From NCBI GenBank assembly GCA_036158955.1, contig JAYYFI010000015.1, forward strand, positions 59,849 to 123,848: 64,000 bases of DNA. Reading direction: 5' to 3'. Below are positions 54,747 through 64,000 of the stretch, in pieces (positions within the stretch are counted from its first letter, which is position 1; every line of letters starts with the position of its first letter). The notes below the pieces were generated by a model. That model was given only the letters and a program-made list of their open reading frames with translations. It was not told where the DNA came from and ran no database searches. Source of the DNA: Pseudomonadota bacterium (GTDB lineage Bacteria > Pseudomonadota > Gammaproteobacteria > Ga0077536). Made by a program: the position numbers and the translations under genes.

Positions 54747-56183
54747 TCAAAAACCACTTATTAAAATCATCCTGGTACAGAAAGCCATAAGTAATCCTGG
54801 AAATAAGCCGAGTAATAAAATAGTTAGACAATTCAGATTAAACAGTACTGAAGCAGCCGAATTACTTACAGAGTCAGAGTTATCTTTGTTAGGTTCATCA
54901 AAATACATAAATTTAATAATTCTCAGATAATAGAAAGCTCCAATTAGAGAACAGAAAACAGCGAAGACTGCTAACCACAAATAGCCGGTGGCTATTACCT
55001 CTTTTAAGACAAACCACTTCGCCCAGAATCCCGCAAAAGGCGGAATGCCAGCCATAGAAAACATCAATATTAAGATAAAAAACGAAAATAGTGGGTTGTT
55101 TTTCGCTAAGCCCTTAAATCGATCAATAGAAGCTGCCTCGCCGTTCGGCAAGAGTATTAACGCCGCAAAAGCTGCCATACCCATCAAAGAATAGACCGAA
55201 ACATAAAAAATCGAAGCGGCATAACCTCCGCTACTTGCTGAAACCAAACCTATAACGAGAAAGCCCATATGAGCGATCGTTGAATAAGCTAGCATCCTTT
55301 TGTAATTAATTTGGGCAATTGCAACAATATTGCCCAACGCTAATGAGGAGACGGCTAATACTATTAACATCAATATCCAATCTTTACTGAAATCTGCCAA
55401 GCCCGTTGCAAGAAGACGGAATGCCATAGCAAAGGCCGCAATCTTGGGAGCAGCACTTAAAAACAAGGTCACTGGGGTTCTTGCACCTTGATAAACATCT
55501 GGAACCCACATGTGAAAGGGCACGACTCCAAGCTTAAAACCAATAGCAACCAATATAAATACTAAACCAAATATCTGAACAACTTCTTTACCATCACCAA
55601 CTGAAGCATTCGTTCCAATAGACTCTAAAGCTAAAGAACCGGAGGCACCGTACAGCATTGACATGCCGAACAATAAGACACCAGAAGCTAGAGCTCCTAG
55701 TACGAAATATTTCATTGCTGCTTCGGCGGCTAGATTAGAGTTCTTATCCATTGCCACCATTGCGTACAAGCTAAGAGACAGTAATTCAAGCCCCAAATAG
55801 ACTGTCAATAAATTTGATGCACTAATCAAAAAAAGCATGCCGATGACCGCAAATAAAGCAAGCAAGAAAAATTCGGATGAATTAGTTTTATATTTCTGAT
55901 ACGCGTGGTGTCCATAAATTAAAGCAACTATGGACGAAACACAAACAAAGATCTTCAAATAAGAACCGACTGGATCTGATATAAAAGTCTCGAAAAAAAC
56001 TAAATTAGGTTCTTTTGGGAAAAATGCAAATAACTGACCTAAGGTGGCTAACAGGGCTAGAATTGCAACGCAGCAAGTTAGGGTTATATTTTTCCGTGCA
56101 ACATCGACTAAAAGAACGATGCAAGTTAAAGAGACAAGCGTAATCTCAGGTAAAATAATAAGGATATCATCAACTAAGTTCAT
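54747..56183 (-). CDS. nuoN: NADH-quinone oxidoreductase subunit N
   Basis: 478 aa polytopic antiporter-like subunit. It is the last gene of the nuo order G-H-I-J-K-L-M-N. Confidence 0.9.
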   Translation of the reverse strand: MNLVDDILIILPEITLVSLTCIVLLVDVARKNITLTCCVAILALLATLGQLFAFFPKEPNLVFFETFISDPVGSYLKIFVCVSSIVALIYGHHAYQKYKTNSSEFFLLALFAVIGMLFLISASNLLTVYLGLELLSLSLYAMVAMDKNSNLAAEAAMKYFVLGALASGVLLFGMSMLYGASGSLALESIGTNASVGDGKEVVQIFGLVFILVAIGFKLGVVPFHMWVPDVYQGARTPVTLFLSAAPKIAAFAMAFRLLATGLADFSKDWILMLIVLAVSSLALGNIVAIAQINYKRMLAYSTIAHMGFLVIGLVSASSGGYAASIFYVSVYSLMGMAAFAALILLPNGEAASIDRFKGLAKNNPLFSFFILILMFSMAGIPPFAGFWAKWFVLKEVIATGYLWLAVFAVFCSLIGAFYYLRIIKFMYFDEPNKDNSDSVSNSAASVLFNLNCLTILLLGLFPGLLMAFCTRMILISGF

Positions 56184-57691
56184 AATTTAGATCTCGAAAG
56201 GTGCTCTACCAAACTATTAATACTAGGATGCATCATATCTATTAACGGCGCAGGCCACAAACCAACCAAAAGTACCATCAAAGCTAGTACTGATAATATC
56301 AACATTTCTCTAGAGGAAAGATCAGCTAGTTCTTTCACCGGCTGAAGAATAACGGGACCAAAAACGACCCTTTTGTACATCCATAAGGTATAGGCAGCAC
56401 CTAATATCAAAGTTAACGCTGCTAGAAACGCAATCCAAAAATTGGCTTTAAAAACAGTTAGTATCACCAAGAATTCACCAACGAAACCAGAGGTGCCGGG
56501 AAGCCCAGCGTTAGCCATCGCAAATAACATCATAAAACTCGCAAAATACGGCATAGGTTCAGCAACACCGCCATAATCATTAATGTTTCGAGTATGTAGT
56601 CTGTCGTACAAAAAACCAACACACAAAAAAAGAGCTCCTGAAATGAAACCATGAGATATCATTTGCACCATCGCTCCCTCAATGCCCAGCACAGCATCAT
56701 TCCAATTATCAGTAGAGCTTTGAACCCAAAAAACGGTAAAAAATCCCAACGTAACAAAACCCATATGAGAAATAGAAGAATAGGCTATTAGCTTTTTCAT
56801 ATCAGTTTGGACCAGTGCTACAAACCCAATATAGACAATTGCTATCAAAGAAAGCACCACCATCGGGATTGTAAAATAACTTGCTGCGTCTGGCACTATA
56901 GGCAAAGAAAGTCTAATAAAACCGTAACCTCCCATTTTAAGCATTATTGCAGCCAAGATAACTGAACCCCCTGTTGGAGCCTCGACATGCGCATCCGGCA
57001 ACCAGGTATGAACCGGCCACATTGGCACTTTTACTGCAAACGCAAGTAAAAATGCCAAAAATATCAATTTTTGCTCAATCATGTCTAACTGTGCATTATG
57101 CATTGATTCAATTGAAAAAACTCCCGTTTCGCCATAGAGATACAGCAATGCCACTAGCATTAGTAACGACCCTAATAGGGTATACAAGAAAAATTTAATA
57201 GTTGCATAAACCCTATTCTGCCCTCCCCAAATTCCAATAATTAGAAACATGGGAATTAACATAGCTTCCCAGAAAACATAGAAGAGTGCAGCATCCAACG
57301 CTGCGAAAACTCCGATCATTATCCCTTCTAATACTAAAAAACTACCCATATACAAGTGGGGCCTCTCCGAAATCACACTCCACCCTGCGCAAATAACCAA
57401 GATTGTTGTAAAAGTGGTAAGTATTATAAGTGGAAGAGATATGCCATCAACGCCAAGAAGATACTCAATATTAAAGACTGGAATCCAAGAATATCTTTCA
57501 ACGAACTGCATGTTCGCCGAGTTGTTATCGAAATATACCAATGCTAGTAAAGATGAAATAAAACAGATAATGGCGATGCTAAGAGCTTCAATTTTAATAT
57601 TCCCACTGGTGCGTTTTTGAGTCGCAATATATATCCCTCCTAACACAGGAAACCAAATCATAAAAGATAAAATGGGAAAATCAAAATTCAT
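56180..57691 (-). CDS. nuoM: NADH-quinone oxidoreductase subunit M
   Basis: 503 aa antiporter-like subunit. It overlaps nuoN by 4 nt. Confidence 0.9.
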   Translation of the reverse strand: MNFDFPILSFMIWFPVLGGIYIATQKRTSGNIKIEALSIAIICFISSLLALVYFDNNSANMQFVERYSWIPVFNIEYLLGVDGISLPLIILTTFTTILVICAGWSVISERPHLYMGSFLVLEGIMIGVFAALDAALFYVFWEAMLIPMFLIIGIWGGQNRVYATIKFFLYTLLGSLLMLVALLYLYGETGVFSIESMHNAQLDMIEQKLIFLAFLLAFAVKVPMWPVHTWLPDAHVEAPTGGSVILAAIMLKMGGYGFIRLSLPIVPDAASYFTIPMVVLSLIAIVYIGFVALVQTDMKKLIAYSSISHMGFVTLGFFTVFWVQSSTDNWNDAVLGIEGAMVQMISHGFISGALFLCVGFLYDRLHTRNINDYGGVAEPMPYFASFMMLFAMANAGLPGTSGFVGEFLVILTVFKANFWIAFLAALTLILGAAYTLWMYKRVVFGPVILQPVKELADLSSREMLILSVLALMVLLVGLWPAPLIDMMHPSINSLVEHLSRSKL

Positions 57692-57709
57692 AAAAACTTA
57701 ACCTAATGT

Positions 57710-59668
57710 CTATAAATAAACGAAAGCAATCAGAAAAACAATCAGGCCAAAGATCATCGCAATCGCATAATCATATAAATATCCTGTTTGGACCTTCCTA
57801 ATAAAAAAAGAAAAGACATTGACTATTTTTGCGGAACCATTAACTAATGATTTGTCTATAATGAGAATATCAAATTTAGACCATAATAGTTTGCCAAGTC
57901 GTACCGAACCGCCAGCAAAAACCATTGAATTAAATTTGTCAAAACCATAATTATTTTTTAAGACATAATGGAAAATTGCTAACCTCTGAGCCATAGATGA
58001 AGGAATTGAGGGGTTTCTTAAATAGCAATACCAAGCCACAAAGACCCCAGCAACTGCGCACCAAAATGCGGATGTGAAGATAGAATGGCTTATCATAGCT
58101 AATGGGCCATGAAAGACTGCACTCAATTCAATTAAAGGGTCCCGTTCTAAATCATTGTAAATTGACTCTTGGAAAAAATTATTGAATAAAAACTCATTAA
58201 CGATCAAGCCACCTAGAAACATTGAAGGTATTGCAAGTAAGATTAAGGGTAAAGTGACTACCGCAGGGGATTCATGAATATGGGATAAGTCAGCTTCACT
58301 CATTCTTGATTCCCCATGAAAAACAAGGAAAAACATTCGAAATGAATATAAAGAAGTTATAAAAACTCCCGCCAATAAGAAACAATATATAAGATTTGAA
58401 TACATAGAGTCAGAAAAATGAACAGCTTCAATAATCATTTCTTTTGAAAAAAAGCCTGAAAATCCAGGAAATCCTATTAAAGCTAATGTGCCAATTAAAC
58501 TCGTCCAATAGGTGATAGGCATGTATTTTTTTAGCCCCCCCATTTTGTCCATGTTCTGTTGATGATGTGTCGCAATTATCACAGAGCCTGCTGCTAAAAA
58601 AAGCAAGGCTTTAAAAAAGGCATGAGTAACTAAGTGAAAAATGGCGGCTGAATAAGCAGAAACACCTAAAGCAACTGTCATGTAACCTAGCTGTGACAAT
58701 GTAGAGTAAGCAACTACTCTTTTAATGTCATTTTGAACTAGTCCAAGAATTCCCATAAAGAAGGCCGTTAAGCTTCCAATAACAACGATAAAAAGTAGAG
58801 CGATACTCGATAATTCATAAACTGGGGACATTCTAGCTACCATGAAGATTCCAGCAGTAACCATAGTTGCAGCATGAATTAGTGCAGAAATTGGGGTGGG
58901 ACCCTCCATTGAGTCTGGAAGCCAAACATGCAATGGTATCTGAGCAGATTTTCCCATGGCACCTATGAACATTAATATGCAAATAATTGTAACTGGATCA
59001 ACTTCTAACAAGGAGATGCCTGGCAATTTTGCTTTACTCAACTCATCAATATTGGAAAATATCGAGTGATAATCCAAAGTTCCAAAAACTAAGAAGATTC
59101 CACAAATACCAAGTAAAAAGCCAAAGTCACCGACTCTATTTACTAGAAAAGCCTTAAGATTAGCATGGGTTGCCGAAGGTTTTTTAAACCAAAACCCAAT
59201 TAATAGGTATGAAACCAAACCTACTGCCTCCCAACCAAAAAAAAGCTGGAGAAAATTATTGGACATCACGAGAATCAACATACTGAAAGTGAAAAGGGAG
59301 ATATAGGAAAAAAATCTGTGATAACCAGGATCATCTTTCATGTAACCTATCGTGTAAACATGCACCATACAAGAGACAAACGTAACTACAGTCATCATGA
59401 CGACTGTCAATCGATCTATCAAAAATCCTATTTGAAACTGAAATTCTCCCGAAGCAATCCAGGTATATAAATTTTTATTGAGTCCAGGCCGATCGTTAAA
59501 CACAAGTTCATAAACAAGATAAAAACTGAGTATCGTGCTTATGACGACGCCGCCAATTGCCAAAAAATTTGTGAAGTTTTTCCCGACTTTTTTTCCAAAG
59601 AATCCAACCAAGATCGCACTTGCCAAAGGAGCGCTAACAGTTATCAAACATGCTGTTTCAAAAAACAT
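57710..59668 (-). CDS. nuoL: NADH-quinone oxidoreductase subunit L
   Basis: 652 aa antiporter-like subunit with a C-terminal lateral-helix extension. Confidence 0.9.
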   Translation of the reverse strand: MFFETACLITVSAPLASAILVGFFGKKVGKNFTNFLAIGGVVISTILSFYLVYELVFNDRPGLNKNLYTWIASGEFQFQIGFLIDRLTVVMMTVVTFVSCMVHVYTIGYMKDDPGYHRFFSYISLFTFSMLILVMSNNFLQLFFGWEAVGLVSYLLIGFWFKKPSATHANLKAFLVNRVGDFGFLLGICGIFLVFGTLDYHSIFSNIDELSKAKLPGISLLEVDPVTIICILMFIGAMGKSAQIPLHVWLPDSMEGPTPISALIHAATMVTAGIFMVARMSPVYELSSIALLFIVVIGSLTAFFMGILGLVQNDIKRVVAYSTLSQLGYMTVALGVSAYSAAIFHLVTHAFFKALLFLAAGSVIIATHHQQNMDKMGGLKKYMPITYWTSLIGTLALIGFPGFSGFFSKEMIIEAVHFSDSMYSNLIYCFLLAGVFITSLYSFRMFFLVFHGESRMSEADLSHIHESPAVVTLPLILLAIPSMFLGGLIVNEFLFNNFFQESIYNDLERDPLIELSAVFHGPLAMISHSIFTSAFWCAVAGVFVAWYCYLRNPSIPSSMAQRLAIFHYVLKNNYGFDKFNSMVFAGGSVRLGKLLWSKFDILIIDKSLVNGSAKIVNVFSFFIRKVQTGYLYDYAIAMIFGLIVFLIAFVYL

Positions 59669-59670
59669 TT

Positions 59671-59997
59671 TTAGCCTCTCAACAAATCAAGCTTTTTAAC
59701 ATCAATAGAATCTCTATTTCTAAACAAAACAACTAGGATAGCCAAACCAATCGCAGCTTCTGCTGCTGCCACAGTCAAAACAAAGAATACTACTACCTGG
59801 CCAGTTATATCATCCAAGAAAAAAGAGAAGGCAACAAAATTAGTATTAACCGCGAGAAGCATTAGTTCGATACACATTAAAAGCAAAATTACATTTTTCC
59901 TATTTAAGAGAATTCCAACTATGCTTATTATAAATAAAGAAGCACTAACTAAAAGATAGCTATTCAGAGTAAGTGCTGTTATTCCCCCATCATTCAT
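59671..59997 (-). CDS. nuoK: NADH-quinone oxidoreductase subunit K
   Basis: 108 aa with 3 TM segments and the conserved-Glu motif [12 protein letters not shown]. Confidence 0.9.
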   Translation of the reverse strand: MNDGGITALTLNSYLLVSASLFIISIVGILLNRKNVILLLMCIELMLLAVNTNFVAFSFFLDDITGQVVVFFVLTVAAAEAAIGLAILVVLFRNRDSIDVKKLDLLRG

Positions 59998-60003
59998 TGA
60001 TAA

Positions 60004-60597
60004 TCACTCTTTAATATTTATTAATTTCACCCGATCACTTCGTCTCACGCTTACTTGATCATCGACATTTGGAGCTCGAGTCTGTCTCGAAGTCCGCAAG
60101 GTAAGAGCTATTGCAGCTATAATTGCTACCAGCAATATTAAAGATGCAATTTCAAACAAAAGAATATAGTCCGTGAAAAGTTTAAGACCGATTTCTTTGG
60201 TATTGTTATAGTCCATATCTTCTCTAGAAATATACGAAAAACTACTCGTTCTAAAAAAGTCAGAATTCATAACAGTGCCTACAGCTATTACCATTGGTAT
60301 GGTTAGTGTCATCGCAAACAGTATAATTTTGCCAAAGCCTTTTTTTGTCTCTTCAATATTAATATCAAGCATCATCACCACAAACATAAACAATACCATC
60401 ACCGCACCGACATAAACTAAAACTAGGGCTATTGCCAAGAATTCTGCTTCCATAAGAAGCCACAACCCTGCTGTAGAAAAAAAACAAAGTATAAGAGACA
60501 GCGCCGCATGAACGGGGTTTCTCAGAGAGACAACCGCTAGACCGGCAATCAAAGTAATTCCAGCAAACCCGTAAAAAACAAGTTGTTCGAAGGTCAT
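60004..60597 (-). CDS. nuoJ: NADH-quinone oxidoreductase subunit J
   Basis: 197 aa. Assigned from its position between nuoI and nuoK and a typical TM pattern. Confidence 0.85.
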   Translation of the reverse strand: MTFEQLVFYGFAGITLIAGLAVVSLRNPVHAALSLILCFFSTAGLWLLMEAEFLAIALVLVYVGAVMVLFMFVVMMLDINIEETKKGFGKIILFAMTLTIPMVIAVGTVMNSDFFRTSSFSYISREDMDYNNTKEIGLKLFTDYILLFEIASLILLVAIIAAIALTLRTSRQTRAPNVDDQVSVRRSDRVKLINIKE

Positions 60598-61082
60598 CTA
60601 AAGCTCGCTTCGGATTTTTTATCTCGAGCAATCTGCTCTTCCATTTTATCGCCAACCGCTAAAAGATCAGCTTTAGTCATCAATAAATCGCCTCGCTTCT
60701 CTCCGTGATATTCAAAATGTCTAGTTTCGACAATGGAGTCAACAGGACACGACTCCTCACAAAAGCCACAAAAGATACACTTAGTTAGGTCGATATCATA
60801 CTTTGTCGTCCGGCGAGTACCGTCTGATCGAGGTTCGGTTTCGATCGAAATTGCCAAGGCGGGACATACTGCCTCGCAAAGTTTGCATCCAATACATCGT
60901 TCTTCTCCATTTGGATAGCGTCTGAGAGCGTGCAGACCTCTGAATCTAGGGGATTGAGGGGTTTTTTCTTCTGGATATTGGACAGTTACTTTTTTCGAAA
61001 CGAGATAACCACCAGTAAGTTTAAGACCTTTTAGTAACTCCCATAATGTAAGGCTTTTAAGTCTATTCAAGAAATTTAACAC
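60594..61082 (-). CDS. nuoI: NADH-quinone oxidoreductase subunit I (2x[4Fe-4S])
   Basis: Cluster motifs [12 protein letters not shown] and [13 protein letters not shown] prefer the GTG start at 61082, which has an AAGGAG SD 8 nt upstream and gives ~162 aa. The track start at 61115 would overlap nuoH. Confidence 0.9.
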   Translation of the reverse strand: MLNFLNRLKSLTLWELLKGLKLTGGYLVSKKVTVQYPEEKTPQSPRFRGLHALRRYPNGEERCIGCKLCEAVCPALAISIETEPRSDGTRRTTKYDIDLTKCIFCGFCEESCPVDSIVETRHFEYHGEKRGDLLMTKADLLAVGDKMEEQIARDKKSEASFR

Positions 61083-61099
61083 TGAGGACGCTCCTTTCC

Positions 61100-62143
61100 T
61101 TAAGATGAAAACCAAGGTGGTAGTTTATAAACCACCGCTGCTGATATTACCACAATCCACAAAATCGTGATGGGTAAAAAAATTTTCCAGCCTAATCGCA
61201 TGATTTGATCATATCTGTATCTGGGAAATGTAGCCCTAAACCATAAGAATAGAAACAGAAAAAAGGAAACTTTTAGTAATAACCAATGGATCCCGTCTGA
61301 AATTGACGGGACCGGAGACAACCAACCACCCATAAAAAGAACAGCTGTCAGTGCAGAAATCAGGATCATGTTAGCGTATTCGGCTAAGAAAAATAACGCG
61401 AACGCCATTCCAGCATATTCTACATGGAACCCAGCAACAATTTCTGACTCGCCTTCACTGACATCGAATGGTGCTCGGTTAGTTTCGGCAACTCCCGAAA
61501 TAAAGTAAATCACAAATAATGGAAACAGTGGAGCCCAATACCAACCAAGAAAACCCAAGCTGCTGTCCTGACTGGATACAATTTCTCCCAAACTCAAACT
61601 TCCTGCCGCTATGAGAACACCCACCAATGCAAATCCCATTGCAATTTCATAGGAGACGATTTGCGCCGCCGATCTCATCGCTCCCAGAAACGCATATTTT
61701 GAATTGGAAGCCCATCCTGCAATTATAATTCCGTAAACGCCCAACGAGGTTAGAGCAAGTACATACAATAAACCCGCATTAATATCTGCTAAAACCAAAT
61801 GGCTATCAAAAGGAACCGCCGCCCAAGCCGCCAATGATGGGGCTAGAGCTAAAACTGGAGCTGCTAGGAATAAAAGCTTATTAGCGCCATTTGGAATAAC
61901 AACTTCTTTGGTCAACAATTTTAAAGCGTCAGCTATCGGTTGAAGCCAACCTTTTGGTCCAACCCTGTTAGGTCCAACTCTTGCTTGAATATAACCAATA
62001 ATCTTTCTTTCCGCAAAAGTAATATACGCGACTGAAGCCATTACAGGGACGCAAATAGCTATGATTTTGGCAATTGTCCAAAGTGTGAAAGTTAACTCAA
62101 ATGGCAAAAACCCAAAAGATTGGAAAAAAAATTCTTTTATCAA
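61100..62143 (-). CDS. nuoH: NADH-quinone oxidoreductase subunit H
   Basis: Motifs [21 protein letters not shown] and ETNRAPFD. The ORF extends to 62197, but that start overlaps nuoG by 44 nt. TTG at 62143 lies 10 nt after the nuoG stop. The start is uncertain. Confidence 0.85.
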   Translation of the reverse strand: MIKEFFFQSFGFLPFELTFTLWTIAKIIAICVPVMASVAYITFAERKIIGYIQARVGPNRVGPKGWLQPIADALKLLTKEVVIPNGANKLLFLAAPVLALAPSLAAWAAVPFDSHLVLADINAGLLYVLALTSLGVYGIIIAGWASNSKYAFLGAMRSAAQIVSYEIAMGFALVGVLIAAGSLSLGEIVSSQDSSLGFLGWYWAPLFPLFVIYFISGVAETNRAPFDVSEGESEIVAGFHVEYAGMAFALFFLAEYANMILISALTAVLFMGGWLSPVPSISDGIHWLLLKVSFFLFLFLWFRATFPRYRYDQIMRLGWKIFLPITILWIVVISAAVVYKLPPWFSS

Positions 62144-62153
62144 TATGGCACCC

Positions 62154-64000
62154 TTAAGTATCACCCTGAATATTGAATAATCGGGCATGCGCACCATTCA
62201 AAGCCACGTTGGTAAGCGCCTCACGCGCGCCAAAAATCATACAAGTTTTATCAGGAACAGAATTATCTATTTTTAATCTACCGATAGCTCTTGACTCTGC
62301 TACCTCAATTCCTATTTTATCCCCATCAAACAAATTCAACTGAGCTGCGCAGGATTCATTAACTCTTATATTATCATCACCACTATGTCGCATTTGCTGT
62401 AAACTCGCCGCATTTCTTAAAAGCTGATCAGTTGAATAGGGCGGAATCTCTGTAACAACTTCAATTTCCCCTTTTCCCTTCTTCATACTATTGTCACAAA
62501 GTGTTCGATCTACTTGAGGCATATGCTTAGATTCAAAAGCGATCTCTTGAGTAAAGGGATCAAAAACATCATCTACAGAAACAGCGTCAAAGTTTTTAAG
62601 CCCTATCTCTGAACCTAGTCTTCGTAAAATTTTCCAACCGGGTTTTGCGTCTTTTATTGGCTTTACCGCGCATTCAAATTTTTGGGTCATCCCAAAACAA
62701 TTAACAAACCCTCCCTCATTTTCAGCATATGTTGCTATTGGCAAAATTATATCGCAATAGTCTAATAAGGCCGTGCTATCAAAAGCGCTAAACCCAACAA
62801 CAAATTTTGCATTTTTCAAAGACGATTTAACTTTAGGTGAATTGGCAAAGTCCAACGCCGGGTCAACGCCAAATAATAAATAAACATTCTCTTCATGATT
62901 GTTCAAAAACGAACTATAATCAATTTTTTCATCAATCTCGACCCCGCAAGGCCCACGGTGTGGAACTGCGCCAGATAACCAAGCACCAGCTGCATTGCAA
63001 CCATCTGTTAAATGACCGACAGCAGCTCCAGTTTTATCTGCGAGCTCATTGATTAACATCATAAGTTGACCCCTATTGGGATGATGATTCACACCTGATC
63101 CAAACAGTAATATTGGGGATTTCGCTGAGCTAATCAAGCTTGTAATCTTATCTTGATTATTCTGACCATCACTATTAAGATTTTTTAAAATCTTTTTGAG
63201 TTCACTCACGAATTTTGATGGAGGCACTATCTTCTTACTTTCGACATGGTGGTTATATTCTCTGTGATGCGTATCTATAACGATAGCTTTAGAACCCCTG
63301 TCAATTGAATGGCGTAACGCAATATTTGCAATTGGAATATCGGTTCGGGGAAAAGCCCCTAACAAGATGATCAAATCGTTACTGTCTAGTTCCTGTTTAT
63401 CCGGAATTTTTGGAAAAAGAGGCTCCCTTTGATCATTTCTAAAATCAACCTGTCTCAATCTATGGTCAATAAAATTACTTCCGACACCCCTAACGAGTGA
63501 CTGAAATAAATAAAACTCTTCATTTGTGGAGCTGGGCGATATAAAAGCCCGCAAGTTGTCTTTAATTGTGGGAGCTCTTAGGCTACTCACTATAGAGTTT
63601 ATTGCGCTATCCCAATCGATATCGCACCATTTACCATCGATTTTTTGTTTAGGCACTTCCAATCTATTGGAACTAGATAACCCCTCATAGCTGAAACGGT
63701 CACGATCAGATATCCAAATATGATTGACATCCTCGTTCTCTCGAGGCACAACTCTTTTTACCTTTTGTCCTTTTACATGGAAACTTATATTGGAGCCTAG
63801 ATTATCGTGAGGTGCGATACCCTTCGCTTGGCGCATTTCCCAAGAACGGGCGGAATACCTATATGGTTTACTAGTCAACGCACCAACAGGGCAAACATCA
63901 ATCATATTTCCCGAAAGTTCTGACTCGACACTAGATTCAATGTAAGTACCTATTTCAACATTTTCCCCTCTACCAATAGCACCCATTTCCTTTATTCCTG
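62154..64000 (-). CDS. nuoG: NADH-quinone oxidoreductase subunit G, C-terminal ~615 codons (N-terminus beyond the window)
   Basis: A molybdopterin-oxidoreductase-like domain sits upstream of nuoH. The frame stays open to the window edge, and the Fe-S N-terminal domain is mostly missing (only CPVGALT is seen). Confidence 0.85.
   Translation of the reverse strand, partial: GIKEMGAIGRGENVEIGTYIESSVESELSGNMIDVCPVGALTSKPYRYSARSWEMRQAKGIAPHDNLGSNISFHVKGQKVKRVVPRENEDVNHIWISDRDRFSYEGLSSSNRLEVPKQKIDGKWCDIDWDSAINSIVSSLRAPTIKDNLRAFISPSSTNEEFYLFQSLVRGVGSNFIDHRLRQVDFRNDQREPLFPKIPDKQELDSNDLIILLGAFPRTDIPIANIALRHSIDRGSKAIVIDTHHREYNHHVESKKIVPPSKFVSELKKILKNLNSDGQNNQDKITSLISSAKSPILLFGSGVNHHPNRGQLMMLINELADKTGAAVGHLTDGCNAAGAWLSGAVPHRGPCGVEIDEKIDYSSFLNNHEENVYLLFGVDPALDFANSPKVKSSLKNAKFVVGFSAFDSTALLDYCDIILPIATYAENEGGFVNCFGMTQKFECAVKPIKDAKPGWKILRRLGSEIGLKNFDAVSVDDVFDPFTQEIAFESKHMPQVDRTLCDNSMKKGKGEIEVVTEIPPYSTDQLLRNAASLQQMRHSGDDNIRVNESCAAQLNLFDGDKIGIEVAESRAIGRLKIDNSVPDKTCMIFGAREALTNVALNGAHARLFNIQGDT

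Overview
This is a low-GC, tightly packed chromosomal segment with many 1-30 nt start/stop overlaps. tRNA and nuo similarity suggest a marine gammaproteobacterium. I saw no rRNA, CRISPR array, transposase, integrase or recognisable defence genes. Most of the window is housekeeping and catabolic: gltX with tRNA-Ala and tRNA-Glu, azurin, argC, pgi, psd, an SCO copper chaperone, cmoA/cmoB/trhO, nuoG-N, three acyl-CoA dehydrogenases, two crotonases, a CoA ligase and CoA-transferase, LLM and SDR oxidoreductases, a Mo-hydroxylase, a PQQ alcohol dehydrogenase and an EmrAB-like pump. Two loci stand out. (1) A complete Sec-decoding cluster (selA-selB-tRNA-Sec, 14.6-18.1 kb) lies 4.4 kb from a gene the ORF track splits in two. 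Read through the in-frame UGA at 10011-10013, that gene encodes a 172-aa protein with a U-G-S-C-T-S-C motif, and a SECIS-like hairpin starts 11 nt downstream. It is the last gene of a four-gene, overlap-coupled operon rich in CxxC motifs (6270-10256) whose function is unknown. (2) A translationally coupled pair (34434-38587) looks like a Slam/type XI-secretion outer-membrane protein plus an unusual 935-aa cargo. The cargo has a FecR-like N-terminus, a poly-Glu 24-nt tandem repeat and two TbpB/fHbp-like beta-barrel signatures. Lesser observations include a probable lanthanide-type PQQ-ADH lipoprotein, a MoaD-like GG protein after the Mo-hydroxylase, and clustering of the whole cmo5U34 pathway. 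All family calls come from motif recognition by eye, not database searches.
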